A stretch of DNA of 64,000 nucleotides, taken from positions 48,147,576 to 48,211,575 of the forward strand of contig NC_057714.1 in NCBI RefSeq assembly GCF_004010195.1, given 5' to 3'. The notes beneath the pieces were generated by a model, which was not told the origin of the DNA, ran no database searches, and saw only the letters and a program-made list of their open reading frames with translations. Shown piece by piece: positions 1 through 13,157 of the stretch. The stretch is from Chiloscyllium plagiosum. Its lineage: Eukaryota. A program made the translations under genes and the position numbers. Each line of letters begins with the position of its first letter. Position 1 is the first letter of the stretch.

Positions 1-1820
1 TCAAGACTGGGCACCCATCCTGGGCACTGTGGGCCAACAACAGCAGCAGAATTGTACTCCAGACAATCTGTAACCTCATGACCTGGCATATCCCCCACTC
101 AGCTATGACCATCAAGCAGGGGAACAACCCTGGTCAATGGAGAGTGCAGGAGGGTATAAAGGAGCAGCATCAGGCATAGCTACAGATGAGGTGTCAACAT
201 GGTGAAGCCACCAAACAGGAAGACTTGCATGTCAAACAGGAGAGGCAGCAAATGATAGCTAGAGCGAAGCGATCCCATAACAAATGGATCAGATCTAAGC
301 TCTGCAGTCCTGCCACATTCAGTCATGAATGGTGGTAGAAAATTAAACAACTCACTGGCATAAAATACCCCCATCCTCAAATGATGAAAGAACCCAACAC
401 ATCAGTACAAAAGATAAGGCTGAAGCTTCAGCAGCAATCTTCAGCCAGAACTGCTGTGCAGATTATTCATCTTGGCCTCCACCAGTTGTCCCCAGCATTA
501 CAGATATCTGTCTTCAGTCAATTCAATTCACTCCACGTGATATCAAGAAATGGCTGGAGACACTGGATACTGCAAAGGCTACGGGCCCTGACAATATTCC
601 GGGAACAGTACTGAAAGTTTATGCTCCAGAATGTGGCTCTCCCTTAGCAAGCTCTTCCAGTACAGTTACAATACTGGCATCTACCCAAAAATGTGGAAAA
701 TTGCCCAGTACACAAAAAGCAGGACAGATCCAACCCAGATAATTATTGTCCTATCTGTCTATTCTCAATCATCAGTAAGTGATGGAAGATGTCATCAATT
801 GTGCTATCAAACAGCACCTGCTCCATAAAAAAACCTGCTCGGTGACGCCCAGTTTGGATTCTACCAGGACCACACAACTCCTGACCTCATTATAGCCTTG
901 GCTCAAATGTGAATACAAGAGCTGAATTCTAGAGGTGAAGTGAGAGCTATAGCCCATGACATCAAGGCTGCATTCAACGGAATGTGACATCAAGAAAAAC
1001 TGGAATCAATGGGTATCAGGATGAAAACTCTCCACTGGTTGAGGTTGTATTTGCTTTGAACAATATAGAGGCTTGGGCTGACAAGTGCCAAGTAACATTC
1101 GCACCATGCAAATTCCAGACGATGAACATCTCCAATAAGAGACAATCTAAATGCTGTTCCTTGACATTCAGTAGTGTTACCATCACTGAATACCCTACTA
1201 TCAACATCCTGCAAGTTATTATTGACCAGAAATTCAACTGGACTCACCACATAAACACATAGTGGCTACGAGAGCAGGAGAGGGGCTAGGCATACTGCAG
1301 CGTGTAACTCACCTCCCGACTCCCCAAAGCCTGTCTAACACCTACAGGGCAAAAGTCAGGAATGTGATGGAATATTCCCCACTTGCCTTGATGAATGCAG
1401 CTCCAACAACACTCGAGAAGGTTGATATCATCCAGGACAAAGCAGTCTGCTTGACTGGCATGATATCCACTCCCTCTACCACTGACGCTTTATCTACAAG
1501 AAGCACTGCAGAATTTCACCAAATATCTTCAGACAGCACCTTCCAAACCTATGATCACTTCCATCTAGAAGGACAAGGATAGCAGACACATGGAAACATC
1601 ACCACCTGCAAGTTCCCCTCAAAGGCACTCCCATCCTGACTTGGAAATATAATTGCTGTTCCTTCATTGTTGCCGTGTCAAAGTCCTGGAATTCCCTCCC
1701 TAATAGTATTGTGGGTCAACCCATAGTAATGGTTCAAGAAAACGGCTCCTTCTCAAGGGCAAATAGGAATGGGCAATAAATTCTGGCCAGCCAGAGACAC
1801 ACACATCCCACAAATGAAGT
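1..1820 (+). mobile_element. Degenerate CR1/L2-clade LINE (ORF2/RT remnants and 3' end), internally deleted near 1050
   Basis: Frameshifted RT-like peptides (YNTGIYPKMWKIAQ, AWADKCQVTFAPCK, YRAKVRNVMEYSP) and 3' end GGCAATAAATTCTGGCCAGCCAG...CACATCCCA shared with other copies in the window. Confidence 0.8.
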
Positions 1821-2329
1821 AATTTTTTAAAAATTGAGGAATTTTGTTCAATTTGTGGCAGTAAACCAAATGGGGTACTTTCTTCCTTGTTCTGATTTTG
1901 GTCAAGTTCTGTTTTTTTGTACTTTTTCTTGTTGAGCAAGAACGCCACAAGATGACATCTTGACAGCCCTGCAGCAGCCCAGTTTGAAACCAATTCCCTG
2001 CTTGCATGAATCTCAAATCCGGCAGGTCCACAAATCCTACATTCACTGTTCAGCACTTAAGTTAAGAGTCAATGAATCTGGCCTCTGATCCTGCCTCGAA
2101 TATTGTCTAACGCTTTTCCTGTAACCTTCAAGACCTGCTACATGATTGTTCTTCAGGCAGTTGTTACAAAAGTTCAACAACTACTGTTACAGATTAAAAA
2201 AACAAATTCCATGATACAAGCTATACATTAGACTGATAATGGCTGCTGCTCATCACATGTTCAACATGTGATATCACAGTAAATATCAATCATGTTTGTA
2301 TGACACTTTTCCTCTACATTTATGATACA

Positions 2330-2951
2330 CAAAGAAATCTCGATTATCCCAATTTCAGATTACCCAAAGAAGATTTCAAGGTCCCACAAAAACGTTACAT
2401 CAAAGAGGTAAGTGTATTCGATTTACCTGTACTGAAGAACATGTGAAAACGCTGGCAAAAACAAAGACACACAAGCAGCTCAAGCATTAGCAACTGGATA
2501 CTTTTTAAAAGGGTTGTTACACAGTCCTTTGCAAAAGTAAGTATTTTTACAGGGTCTTCCTGTCACTTTACCGGGCCGTTCATTAAAAAAAAATGGCTGA
2601 GGACGTAAATGCATGCGCAAGGCAGTGCTTCTGTCTTTCTATTGCAAGACAGTGTTCCCGGAAACTGACAAATGCTCTTGAGATCATAGCAGCTGTTCGG
2701 GACCTTGTTTAATGCTGGGATTTGATATACAGTATTTATGTGATGGTAAGTCCTTCTCATCTTAACCTGTAACTTGCAGACTGCAAGGATTAGTTTATTT
2801 AAATGGCAGATTCATTAAAATTACAGATTTAAACAAATTCTCCGGTAGAGCACAGCTTTAGATCAGTATGGCTTCTCTTATTTAAGGTAAAAGCGATTAT
2901 CCAAACGAAACAGTGCCCGTCTATCTTGTTTGGATAATCGAGGTTCCTCTG
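2330..2951. mobile_element. Tigger/pogo-like MITE (Tc1/mariner superfamily)
   Basis: Left TIR CAAAGAAATCTCGATTATCC vs reverse complement of right end CAGAGGAACCTCGATTATCC (17/20); right end followed by TA; no ORF. Confidence 0.7.
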
Positions 2952-3957
2952 TAGATTTTGGTGTACATAGCACCAATTTAGAAACTGCAGGTGACACACA
3001 ATTAGGAAGTTTTATGAGCGGTGAGCAAGATAGTGACAAACTTTGATAGGTTGATGGAAAGATGGGACATATAACTGACTAAATTTATTGCAGGGAAGTG
3101 TGAAGTGATTAATTTTGGTGTGAAGAACATGGGGTAGTAATCTAAAACAAAACATACAAAAGAATCAGAGGGACTAAAGAATAAGATGAAATGTAATAGA
3201 AATTTTCAAAATCATGAGGTGACGGGATAGAATAAATAAGGAGAACCTGTTCCCGTTTGCTTCAGGATCGAGAACCAGCAGACATCGATTTAACGTGATT
3301 AGTAAAAGAAATAATGCTGACTTAGAGAAAGACTTTGTGTTTATGTGGTGGAGGCAGACTAAATTGAGTCCTTCAAAGGACAATTGAATAAATGTGGTAT
3401 GAAAACATTTGCAGGTCTAAGGAAAAAGCAGAGGAACGCTGTGCTGTTAGAAATGGCCATCTTTTGATGCAGCATTAAACCATGATCCTGACTACACAAT
3501 TTTGAAGAAGACGAAGGGAGGAATTCCCAGAGTACTACCCCATATTTCTCCCCCTTTCAACATTGCAGAATCAGATTATCTGTTTATCATATCACGTTTT
3601 GGAGTTGATCATGCAATTATAACAGTGCCTATACTTCAAAAATACTTAATTGACTGTAAAATGCTTTGGGATGTCCTAAATTTGATAAAGGCATAACAGA
3701 AATTCAAGCCAATGTTTCTTTCTCTGTCTCTCATAATGGGCATTTCCCTTTGGGTCCTTCATCCAGAATCACAGAATTGTTAGAGCACAGTGGAAGCCAT
3801 TTGGCCTGCCATGGCCACATTGTCATAGATGAGGGGACTGAGGGCCTGATTGCTAAACTGGCATGAAAAACATTAACTGATCAATAGTGTGCATTTAAAG
3901 ATGAGATAGGTAACTAAAAAGAACACAAAGTTAGGTAGAAATGTATGTGGTGAAAAG

Positions 3958-4633
3958 TTTGTGCGAAGATCTGTAGCTCGGGTGCTCGTTGTTGTGGTTC
4001 TGTTCGCCGAGCTGGAAGTTTTTGTTGCAAACGTTTCGTCCCCTGGCTAGGCGACATCATCAGTGCTTGGGAGCCTCCTGCGAAGCGCTTCTTTGATGTT
4101 TCCTCCGGTGTTTATAGTGGTCTGTCCCTGCCGCTTCCGGTTGTCAGTTTCAGCTATCCGCTGTAGTGGTTGGTATATTGGGTCCAGGTCGATGTGTTTG
4201 TTGATGGAGTTTGTGGATGAATGCCATGCCTCTAGGAATTCCCTGGCTGTTCTCTGTCTGGCTTGCCCTATGATAGTAGTGTTGTCCCAGTCAAATTCAC
4301 ACACACGCAGACAACAAGCAACATGAATTCGACTGGGACAACACTACTATCATAGGGCAAGCCAGACAGAGAACAGCCAGGGAATTCCTAGTGGCATGGC
4401 ACTCATCCACAAACTCCAATCAACAAACACATCGACCTGGACCCAATATACCAACCACTACAGCGGACAGCTGAAACTGACAACCGGAAGCGGCTGGGAC
4501 AGGCCACTATAAACACCGGAGGAAACATCAAAGAAGCGCTTCGCAGGAGGCTCCAAGCACTGATGACGTTGCCTAGCCAGGGGACGAAACGTTTGCAACA
4601 AAAACATCCAGCTCGGCAAACAGAACCACAACA
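3958..4633. mobile_element. Penelope-like element: inverted pair of 3' GIY-YIG/pLTR segments
   Basis: Arms 3989-4299 and 4324-4634 are reverse complements; peptide EFDWDNTTIIGQARQRTAREFLEAWHS (GIY-YIG C-terminus); flanked by near-identical 13-mers at 3945-3957 and 4634-4646. Confidence 0.85.
4557..4596 (+). ncRNA. Minimal type-I hammerhead ribozyme motif (mirror copy on - strand at 4027-4066)
   Basis: GCA-CTGATGA-[stem II]-GAAAC-GTT-TGC: intact CUGANGA and GAAA boxes, short helix I GCA/TGC, palindromic helix III; located in a Penelope pLTR. Confidence 0.6.
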
Positions 4634-5854
4634 ATGTTGTGAAAAGGATATAACAAGGTTGCAGACCAATATAGACAGTTTAAGCAAAGACAAAGATCTG
4701 GCAGAAGAGAGTATAATGTGGGAAAATGTAAGATTGTTCAGTTTGGCAGGAAGAATAAAAAGCAGGGTATTACTAGAATGGAGAGCAACTGGAGAATTTT
4801 GAGGTACAGAAGAATCTAGGTGGTCTAGTGCACAAGTCACAAAAGGTTCATAAACATTAACCAATGTTAAACAGGCTGGCATTGTTAGGATAATATTTAT
4901 CCTTTTTTAAACAATGCTCGCAATTCTCTTGTCTTCTAGCGTCACATCCAATTCTAAACACGACTGGAAAATTATGGCCGTGCCTTTGCAATTTCCACTC
5001 TCACTTCCCTCAGTATCCTTGGATGCTTCTCATCCAGTCCAGGTGCCACATCAACCTCAAACAAATAACCTATCCAATAATTTCTCCTCATTAATTTTAA
5101 ATGCTTCAAGTCTCTGAGTTACTTTCTATTTACTCAAGTCACGGACAGCAACTTCTTCTTTCTTAAAGCCAATTGTAAAGTCTTCATTTAACACCTCCGT
5201 CTGCCCAGTCTCTCTTTGGTTCATAATCGGTCTCAACCTTTTATTATTTATGTGCTTGTAGAAGACTTCAAGATAGGGTTTGACCTTATGAGAGTATCAT
5301 TTCGTACTTTCTCTTCATTTCTCTTATTTTCTTTTCAACTTCCCTTCTGAATATTTTATATTCAGCCTGGTCCTACACGAGCACTGCAGTGCCAACTGCA
5401 ATCTATATCTGTGACACATGGAACAGAGCAACAAAAAGTGTCATGTAATTACGATATCTTCCATCAGTGTTGCCCACATAAGAGCCTTGGCCTCACTTGA
5501 AGAGACAACCAATGATGACGTGGCTAACAGTACTGGTCGGAGGCTTACCAGACGATCATGATAGAGACTAGCAGAATACATATTTCACTCCTGAATGTAC
5601 ATCGCACTAGAGTGGCAGTAGAATGGACATCACCAGCTGGGAAGAGAAAAAAAACCAACCTGGCAAAGTACTTTTAAGGCCCTTCAAAATGGAACTCAAC
5701 CTGAGCTGTTTGTAATGTATTGGGACCTGCGGCAAAGTCTTGTTATCCAATGTTCTGTGCAAGGCTGAATTTACTAAGCAAGTGAATCACGGTTGTATTA
5801 TCCACCTGACATTCATTAGAAGCACACATAATTCTTTATCTTAACATCTACAGG

Positions 5855-6189
5855 TAGACTAGATTAGATTCCTACAGTGTGGAAACAGGCCCTTCGGCCC
5901 AACAAGTCCACACTGACCCTCTGAAGAGGATCCCACCCAAACCCCTTTCCCTCTCCTATATTTACCCCTGACTAATGCACCTAACACTATGGGCAATTTT
6001 GCACGACCAATTCACCTGACCTACACATCTTTGGATTGTGGGAGGCAACCAGAGTACTCAGAGGAAATCCACGCAGTCACGGGGAGAATGTGTGAACTCC
6101 ACGCAGACGGTCAACCAAGGCAGGAATTGAACCCGGGTCCCTGGCTCTGTGAGGCAGCAGTGCTAGCCACTGAGCCACTGAGCTGCCCC
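5855..6189 (-). mobile_element. tRNA-derived HE1/V-SINE
   Basis: Reverse complement has A box TGGCTCAGTGG, B box GGTTCAATTCC, V-domain-like body and (AATCT)n tail. Confidence 0.85.
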
Positions 6190-8224
6190 AATCTTTAACA
6201 TGATGGTTGCGTCCTTGTGCAACTCCATGTTATAGAAAAATTGCACTCTAGAAACGGCATTTAAAGCATTGGCAATGTAATCGCAATACGTATGTTTTAT
6301 AAGTTCACACCTTAGAAACACTGTCCTCAGTTCAAAACATGCATTATAGCAGAACAACCTGTATCCCATTCATCATACATGAAGTTCTGGACTTAGTGTC
6401 CTACCTTTTCTGTTCATGGGAATAAATCTTTAATATACCTAACATATCTTTTAAGAGAGTTCATTAATCACCTATTGTTTTTCCTGACAATTTTAATTTA
6501 TCTGGCCCAGTGTCATTCTTTCCCATTGAAAAAGTTGACTATTTTGGGATGGGCAAGAAATGCTGGGCTAACCAGTAACTGCCTCATTTAAAAATGATTT
6601 TTCCCCAGTTAATTATTTCCAGTTTGAATTTTTTTTCCCTTTTCCAGAGCGAACCTAAATCTTATGCGCAAGGATCACCATCCTCTAAATTTTCCTTTAC
6701 TGACACTTGATCCACTTCACCCACTTCGGTGCCTTCTTTGTCATTGGACTGGGATCATAATGCCATATAAAATTTTCCTGAACACAGTCGAGGTACTCTT
6801 GCCAATCTTTGCTCTTTAAACTATTACTATCCAGTGTATATTCAGATAATTAAAGCTCACCCGTTATAGCTTTGCTATATTTCTGCAAAATAACTGTTCC
6901 TTGCAAGCTTGTTCTTCGACATCATTCTCAATTGTTGGTGACACAGAAATATAATGCACCTTTTTAGTTCCTTCGGTCTAACGAAATGAAATATTTCTTT
7001 GATCCCTCTGGTGTATCCTCTACCTCCAACACAGCAATATTTTTACAATGTTCAACTAACTTAACATTTTCCATATGTAACTTCTCACAGTTTATATGCT
7101 GTGTACTGAACATTCTTCAACCCATTAATCAAAAATGTTCTCTTGCATACATCAGAAATTGTCTCCCTTAGTTTTATATATTTTCAATGTACATTAAAGT
7201 AATCAAGGTTATCTAAATATACTATTTCTTTTCTTTAAATCTAATATTGAAATTTGACAAATTCTCTCATCTATCACCTTCTTACCATTTGGATTTCTAC
7301 CCAAAACTCCCAATGAGGTAACAACTGCCTGTTAGCTCCTGAATTCAAGGCATTTTCTATTCTAGAATCACATGTCACATCCTTTCCAGTTCGAACATTA
7401 TGTTTAATTAGTATTGCCATATCTCATTCTCTTTCCATCTTCTCCATAATGCCAAAATATTTGGTAATCTGAAACATTAAGAACCAATTTCTTATCTCTT
7501 TTGAGCCACATCTCTAATGCAATCATGTCAGACTCTCATGCAATTACTCGTATTTGCAGCTCACCAACTTCATCAGTTAGACCACAGACATTAAAATAAG
7601 TCTATTATCTGGTTTTTTGATTCATACTTTTTTTCCTCAAAACCATACCTTCAATTTTTGGAATGTTTCTGATTTTATTGCTGTTTGTATCTGTATCCTC
7701 TGATTTCAATGCTGCTCTTTCTTTTCTCCTTTGAAATTAATTTTCCAACAGTCCAAGTAAATTCCTATGCATGTTTCATATGAAATTTCACATGGAATGC
7801 CAATATTTTCCAGGGCTCAATGTATCCAAATTTTGCAAATTAATTTGGTTTAACAAATTAATTTAACTACATAAATTTCAACTTTATATGCTTTCCACTT
7901 GGCTTGAGAGAGTCAAATTACTTTGCTGGACAGTTGCTCGTCAGCACTCCATTATTCATACTATCCAAAACAGTGATACCATTTTTTTTAGATGTGGATG
8001 ACTTACAATTTACTTTAATCCATTGAATGATACCAGAACTGAAAAGGTTACCAGGACTGATTGATCAGGCTGAGATCGTTTATTCACAAAAGCGAAGACT
8101 TCAGGATGATAGAAGAGTTTAATAAGGTACATGCGGATATTGTTGCTTGCAGGCATGATCAAAGCCATAAACGTAAGATAGCTACCAATAAATTCAAGTA
8201 GGAATTCAGGAAAAACATCTTTCA

Positions 8225-8486
8225 GGCAGCACAGTGGCTCAGTGGTTAGCACTGCTGCATCATAGCACCAGGGAACCAGGTTCGATTCCAGCCTCGGGCA
8301 ACTGTCTGTATGGAGTTTGCACATTCTCCTTGTGTCTGTGTGTTTCCCCTCTGGGTGCTCCAGTTTCCTCCCACAGTCCAAAGATGTACAGGTCAGGTGT
8401 TAGCTGCATTAGTCAGAGGAGGGTTGGGTCTGGGTGGGTTACTCTTTGGAGGGTCGGTGTGCACTTGTTGGGCCTAAGGGAATCTA
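8225..8486 (+). mobile_element. HE1/V-SINE (internally deleted)
   Basis: TGGCTCAGTGGTTAGCAC A box, GGTTCGATTCC B box, GGAGTTTGCACATTCTCC body. Confidence 0.85.
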
Positions 8487-8617
8487 CAGTGGTTAAAATA
8501 TGGAACTTGAGCGATGAATAGCACAGATGAATTCAAGGGTCAAATAGTTAGTATGTGAGGGAAAAAATTGTTGACGAGGGCTGAGGAGACTTGCACGCAG
8601 CATCGACACTGGCATGT

Positions 8618-8740
8618 AGATATTTTCTCATCAACCTGTTCAGAGATATCATAACACACCTCTGGAGCTGGTGAAATTTGAACCCAGGCCTCCAAGCTTA
8701 CACTAAGAATACTATCACTGTACCACAAGAGGCCTCCTAA
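8618..8740 (-). mobile_element. Short tRNA-headed SINE (second family; related copies ~20675-20790 and 31410-31520 on +)
   Basis: Reverse complement TGGTACAGTGATAG...CCTGGGTTCAAAT...GAGGTGTG...CAGGTTGA...AAAATATC recurs in the window. Confidence 0.55.
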
Positions 8741-8799
8741 CACTGGCATTGATAGTTATTTTAGTAAACCTGTTACGGCACATCTCCTGATCGTGAACC

Positions 8800-9762
8800 T
8801 CTGATAAAGCTACTCCTTTAACAAGGCTGTATTGTCCTTGGATTTTTTCCAGAGAGGTCATAAAAGACACATTCTGAAAAATCTGGTGTTGAAGGGTTTC
8901 AGGGCAACAGGGCAAATTTTTTTATATCTAACAGATAATGCCGCAGACAGAAAGCTTTCGAGTTTTAAAACACTTGTACAATGAAAGGGGAGTGGCCAAT
9001 TTTCCCAGCTCAGTTTTTCTCTGGTTTGGTTTGGTTTTAAACAGTAGTGTGGAAAAGGCTGCTGAACCCAAATAAGCAGGTCCAGGCTGGTATTCTCTTT
9101 CTGCTTCTATCCTGTAAGAACCGGTGTTTGATTTTTATGGGCGGCATGGTGGCACAGTGGTTAGCACTGCTGCCTCACAGCGCCAGAGACCCAGGTTCAA
9201 TTCCCACCTCAGGCGACTCTCTGTGTGGAGTTTGCACATTCTCCCCGTGTCTGCGTGGGTTTCCTCCGGGTGCTCCGGTTACCTCCCACAATCCAAAAAT
9301 GTGCAGGTTAGGTGAATTGACCATGCTAAATTGCCTGTAGTGTTAGGTGAAGGGGTAAATGTAGGAGAATGGGTCTGGGTGGGTTACGCTTCGGCGGGTC
9401 GGTGTGGACTTGTTGGGCCGAAGTGCCTGTTTCCACACTATAAGTAATCTAATCTAATCTAATCTAATGTAATTTTACCTGGTGTGCCAAGGGGTGTTTA
9501 TGGGGATTGTTGCAAGTGTCGGGCACAGCATCATTAAGTTCGGATGATCTGTTGGGCTTTCAGAGAGGTTGTTATTCTGTATTTTGTTTTCTGTTGTTTG
9601 TGTTAGAGTCAGTAATCTTGTAAATAAATTCTGTTCTGTTTAAAACTAAGTGGTTTGACCAGCGGCATTTCTACTGGATTATCTGCTTTACACCTGCTTA
9701 AAACAACTAGCAAAGTTAGGGTCTGGGCTATCTTCTTGAAATGTTTTCAGGGGTCTGGCCTT
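8800..9762 (+). mobile_element. Solo LTR-like element interrupted by an HE1 SINE
   Basis: 5' part resembles 12992-13157 and 3' part resembles the reverse complement of 44966-45190; AATAAA at ~9623; no ORF. Confidence 0.55.
9139..9468 (+). mobile_element. Full-length HE1/V-SINE
   Basis: GGGCGGCATGGTGGCACAGTGGTTAGCAC head, GGTTCAATTCC B box, central V-domain-like region, CR1-like 3' part and (AATCT)4 tail. Confidence 0.9.
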
Positions 9763-11674
9763 CTGGTCCAGAGGTAATAATACTACCACTACATCACAAC
9801 CCTCACTGGCATGGCCAAATGGCCTGTAAGCTACATAAACACATGACAATCATTTTGTACAACAAAATGGCGATGTTGTCATGATTGCACTTTTATGTCA
9901 CAACTGGATTATACATGTACTTCAGTTACATATTAGACAAATCCATATCTACATTGCTGTTGAGACTTTTGTAATACCTTTGGTCTCAATCAAAAGTGGA
10001 TCCTGTAAATAGACCTTTGTCCTCAAATTGGGCTTTGCTTGGGTTTTAGTTATCCCAATGAAGTAATTCACTTGTGGGGTATAACAGTCTTTGTCATGCC
10101 AGCAATACTTCTTCAAAAATGACAAATGTAACCAACCATACATTGCAGAGGTTTAAAGACTAAAGCTAATAACTTTTTACACCTGGAAAAAGTAAACAAA
10201 GAAGTCACAAATTATTTGTCTCTCCATGCCATTAATTGTCTGCAGCTAACTGGATTTCATCAATTTAATTGTAACCTGGCGTTTGGAAGTACATATGAAC
10301 AGCCCAAAGCCATTTGCCCTTCTTTGCCATGAAAATATGTGCTCACTATTCCATATTTCCCCTCCACAGCATTGACTAGATGTGCAAGGGATTGTGCCAT
10401 CTTATATTGCTTCATCTTGCCAAAACATTGTATATCTTCAGTTATGTGAAATCAAACCCATGTTACCTACTTCATCTTTTTTTGTATCAACAAAAGGTCA
10501 TTTGAATACATAAATACTGCACGTGAATCATGTATGGTTTACGGTTCTTCTCACAAGAAAAAGACAGAGTTCAAATTTAGAAACAAACAGATAGGAATGA
10601 AACATAAAAACTGGATGGAAATGGAAAGGACTCTGGCCCATCATGCTATCCTTTGGGTGAGCAAGTAGGTAGAAGATATAGTTGTTTCCAGCGTGTGCAG
10701 CAGCAAAGCGGTGGGGAATGGGCATCAAGGTGATGTCAGCAGAGAAAGCAGCATCTGCGGTCAGCATTGGAATCAGAGATGTTGGGCTTCAGCTACAGCG
10801 ATGTAGCAGGCCCAAATAGTACTCCTGGAGAGGACTGTGATGCAGCGGTGTTGGTGGGCTCAGAGCCCGTTGTGGAAAGCCCGACTAATATCGGGCAGAG
10901 CATAAGAGAAGATGATGAACTCCGGTTTTGCTTATATTTAAGTCTTACATCTTAATTTCAATCTTCTATCTTAATATCTTCTCGAAGTCAAAATGGCTTC
11001 AGAGCATGGTGACATATTACACTTGTATTTAACAAATAAATAGTGACAAGTGACAATGAATCATTCTATTCAATTCAATGTTGAAGTTAGTAGCAGACAA
11101 ATAAAGAGGAAGCCCATTCAAGTTTTTTTAGTAATTAAAATTAGAGTGTCGGGCATCGAAAAGGTAAAATAACTGGGAAAATAATTTGATTGGCGAAGTA
11201 CAAAGAGTTAACAAAGGGAGTAAGAAAAAATTTGCTATGAACAACATATTCTCCTTAACATATATCCCAAATGGAACTTATAGATATTGGTGGCTCATTG
11301 CTCTGCAAATACAAGTTTTGCTCCCAACCACTTTTCACATGAATGGAGAAATAGAAGTTAAAGTTATGGCGAGAGACACAAATGAGAGAAAAAAAGGAGG
11401 CAAGATAAAGAACCAGCTAGGCAGAGGAAAAATACACAAGAGTGTAACTATTACTTCTGACTTATCATGTAATGATATGGAATGTTGACTTAGAATATAT
11501 TAAAATGCTGGCTTTGACATGTTCTTGGAAGCTTCTCTCTTACTTTTAAAACACTCATTCTTTCCCCATCACTTCTATTTGTAATTCTTCTGGTCACTTT
11601 AACAATCTTTATTTGAAGATGTATTTTTAAAATTCACTTTTTATTCACCCAGTTTTCCTACGTGACTTATGTTT

Positions 11675-12990
11675 AATTCACTCATAGGATGTGGGCATTA
11701 CTTAGTCCAGCATTTCTTGCCCATCTCTATTTGCCCTTGAGAAAGTGCTGGTGAGCTGCCTTCTTATTACTGCTGCAGTCCAAATGCTATCGGTGGACTC
11801 ACAATACCGTTAGGGACCAAATCCCAGAATTTTGACCCAGCGACAGTGAGATCAATATATTTCCATGTCAGGATGATGAGTGGCTTAGAGGAAAACTTGC
11901 AAGTGGTAGTGTTCCCATGTACCTGCTACCCTTGTCCTTCTAGATGCAAGTGGACATGGGCTGCACTCATCCAAGCAATTGATGAGTATTCTGTCAGACT
12001 TATGCCTTGTAGATGGTGAACAGGCTTTGGGGAGTCAAGAGGTGACTCACTCGCTGCTGTATTCCAAGCCTCTGACCTGCTCTCATAGCTACTGTGTTTA
12101 CGTGGCAAGTCCAGTTCAGTTTCTAGTCAATGGTAACCCCAGGATGCAGATAATAGGGGATTCAGTGTTGGTAATACAAATGAATGCCAAGGAGCAGTAG
12201 ATAGATTATCTCTTATTGGAGATGGTCATTGTCTGGCATTTGCTGGCACGAATGTTGCCTGAATATTGTCCATCTCATGCTACATTTGGACATGGATTGC
12301 TTCAATATTAAAGGTGCCGTGAATAGTCCTGAACACTGTAATCATCAGCAAACATCCCCACATCTGACGTTAATGATAGAGAAGGTCATTGAAGTAGTAG
12401 GTGAAGATGGTTGGGTCTAGGGCATTACACTAAGCCACTCCTGCACAGATGTGCTGGAGCAGAAATGACGACCTCCAACCATCTTGTGTATTAGGTATGA
12501 CTCCAACCAGTGGAGAGTTTTCTCTCAATTCTCAATTCCTACCGAATCCAGTTTTGTTCGGGCTCATTGGTGCAACATGTAGTTAAATGTGCTTTGATAT
12601 CAAGGGCTATCACTATCATTTCACCTCTGGAATTCAGTTTTTGTCAATGTTTGAATCAAAACTGTAATGAGGTCAGAAGCCAAATGATCCTGCAGGACCC
12701 AAACTGGGTATCACTAAGCAGCTTAATAGTGAGCAGGTGCTGCTTGACAGCACTGTTAATGATACCTTCCAACAATGTCCTGATGATCAAGAGTATACTG
12801 ATGGGCACAAGTCTTCAGAATTATGTCAGGGACCACGGCCTTGGCAATATTCTGTGTCTTCAACTGTTTCTTGAGATCATGTACAGTGAATCAAATTGAC
12901 TGAAGACTTGCACCTGTGATGCTGGACACCTCTGGAGGAGGCAGAGGTATTTCATCTACTTGCACTTCTGACTGAAGATTGTTGTAAATG
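11675..12990 (-). mobile_element. Degenerate CR1/L2-clade LINE (same family as 1-1820)
   Basis: Reverse-complement similarity to 1-1820, including the HLHLEGQG* end and 3' UTR. Confidence 0.75.
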
Positions 12991-13157
12991 CTGTGGCGAT
13001 GCTGCTCCTTTGTTATTCTGTCCTTGTTTCTTTTGAGAGGCGTCATAAATGCAGAAGGTTCCGATGTGTCTGGTTTAGATGGGATTTAGGAACAATTTGA
13101 ATAGCTAACAGATACTGCCTCAGGAAAAAGGCTTTAAAGTTTTAATAAAAACACTTG

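Noticed and set aside
1700-2190. Minus-strand ORFs (118 and 97 aa) and an acceptor-like site near 2186 as a possible INVS coding exon
   Set aside because: No ankyrin or QVHAAA-like inversin sequence in any frame, and the ORFs run into a LINE 3' UTR.
9139-9215. tRNA-like sequences here and at 8225, 6189, 45744 and 46337
   Set aside because: These are SINE heads with A/B boxes continuing into SINE bodies; no complete cloverleaf.
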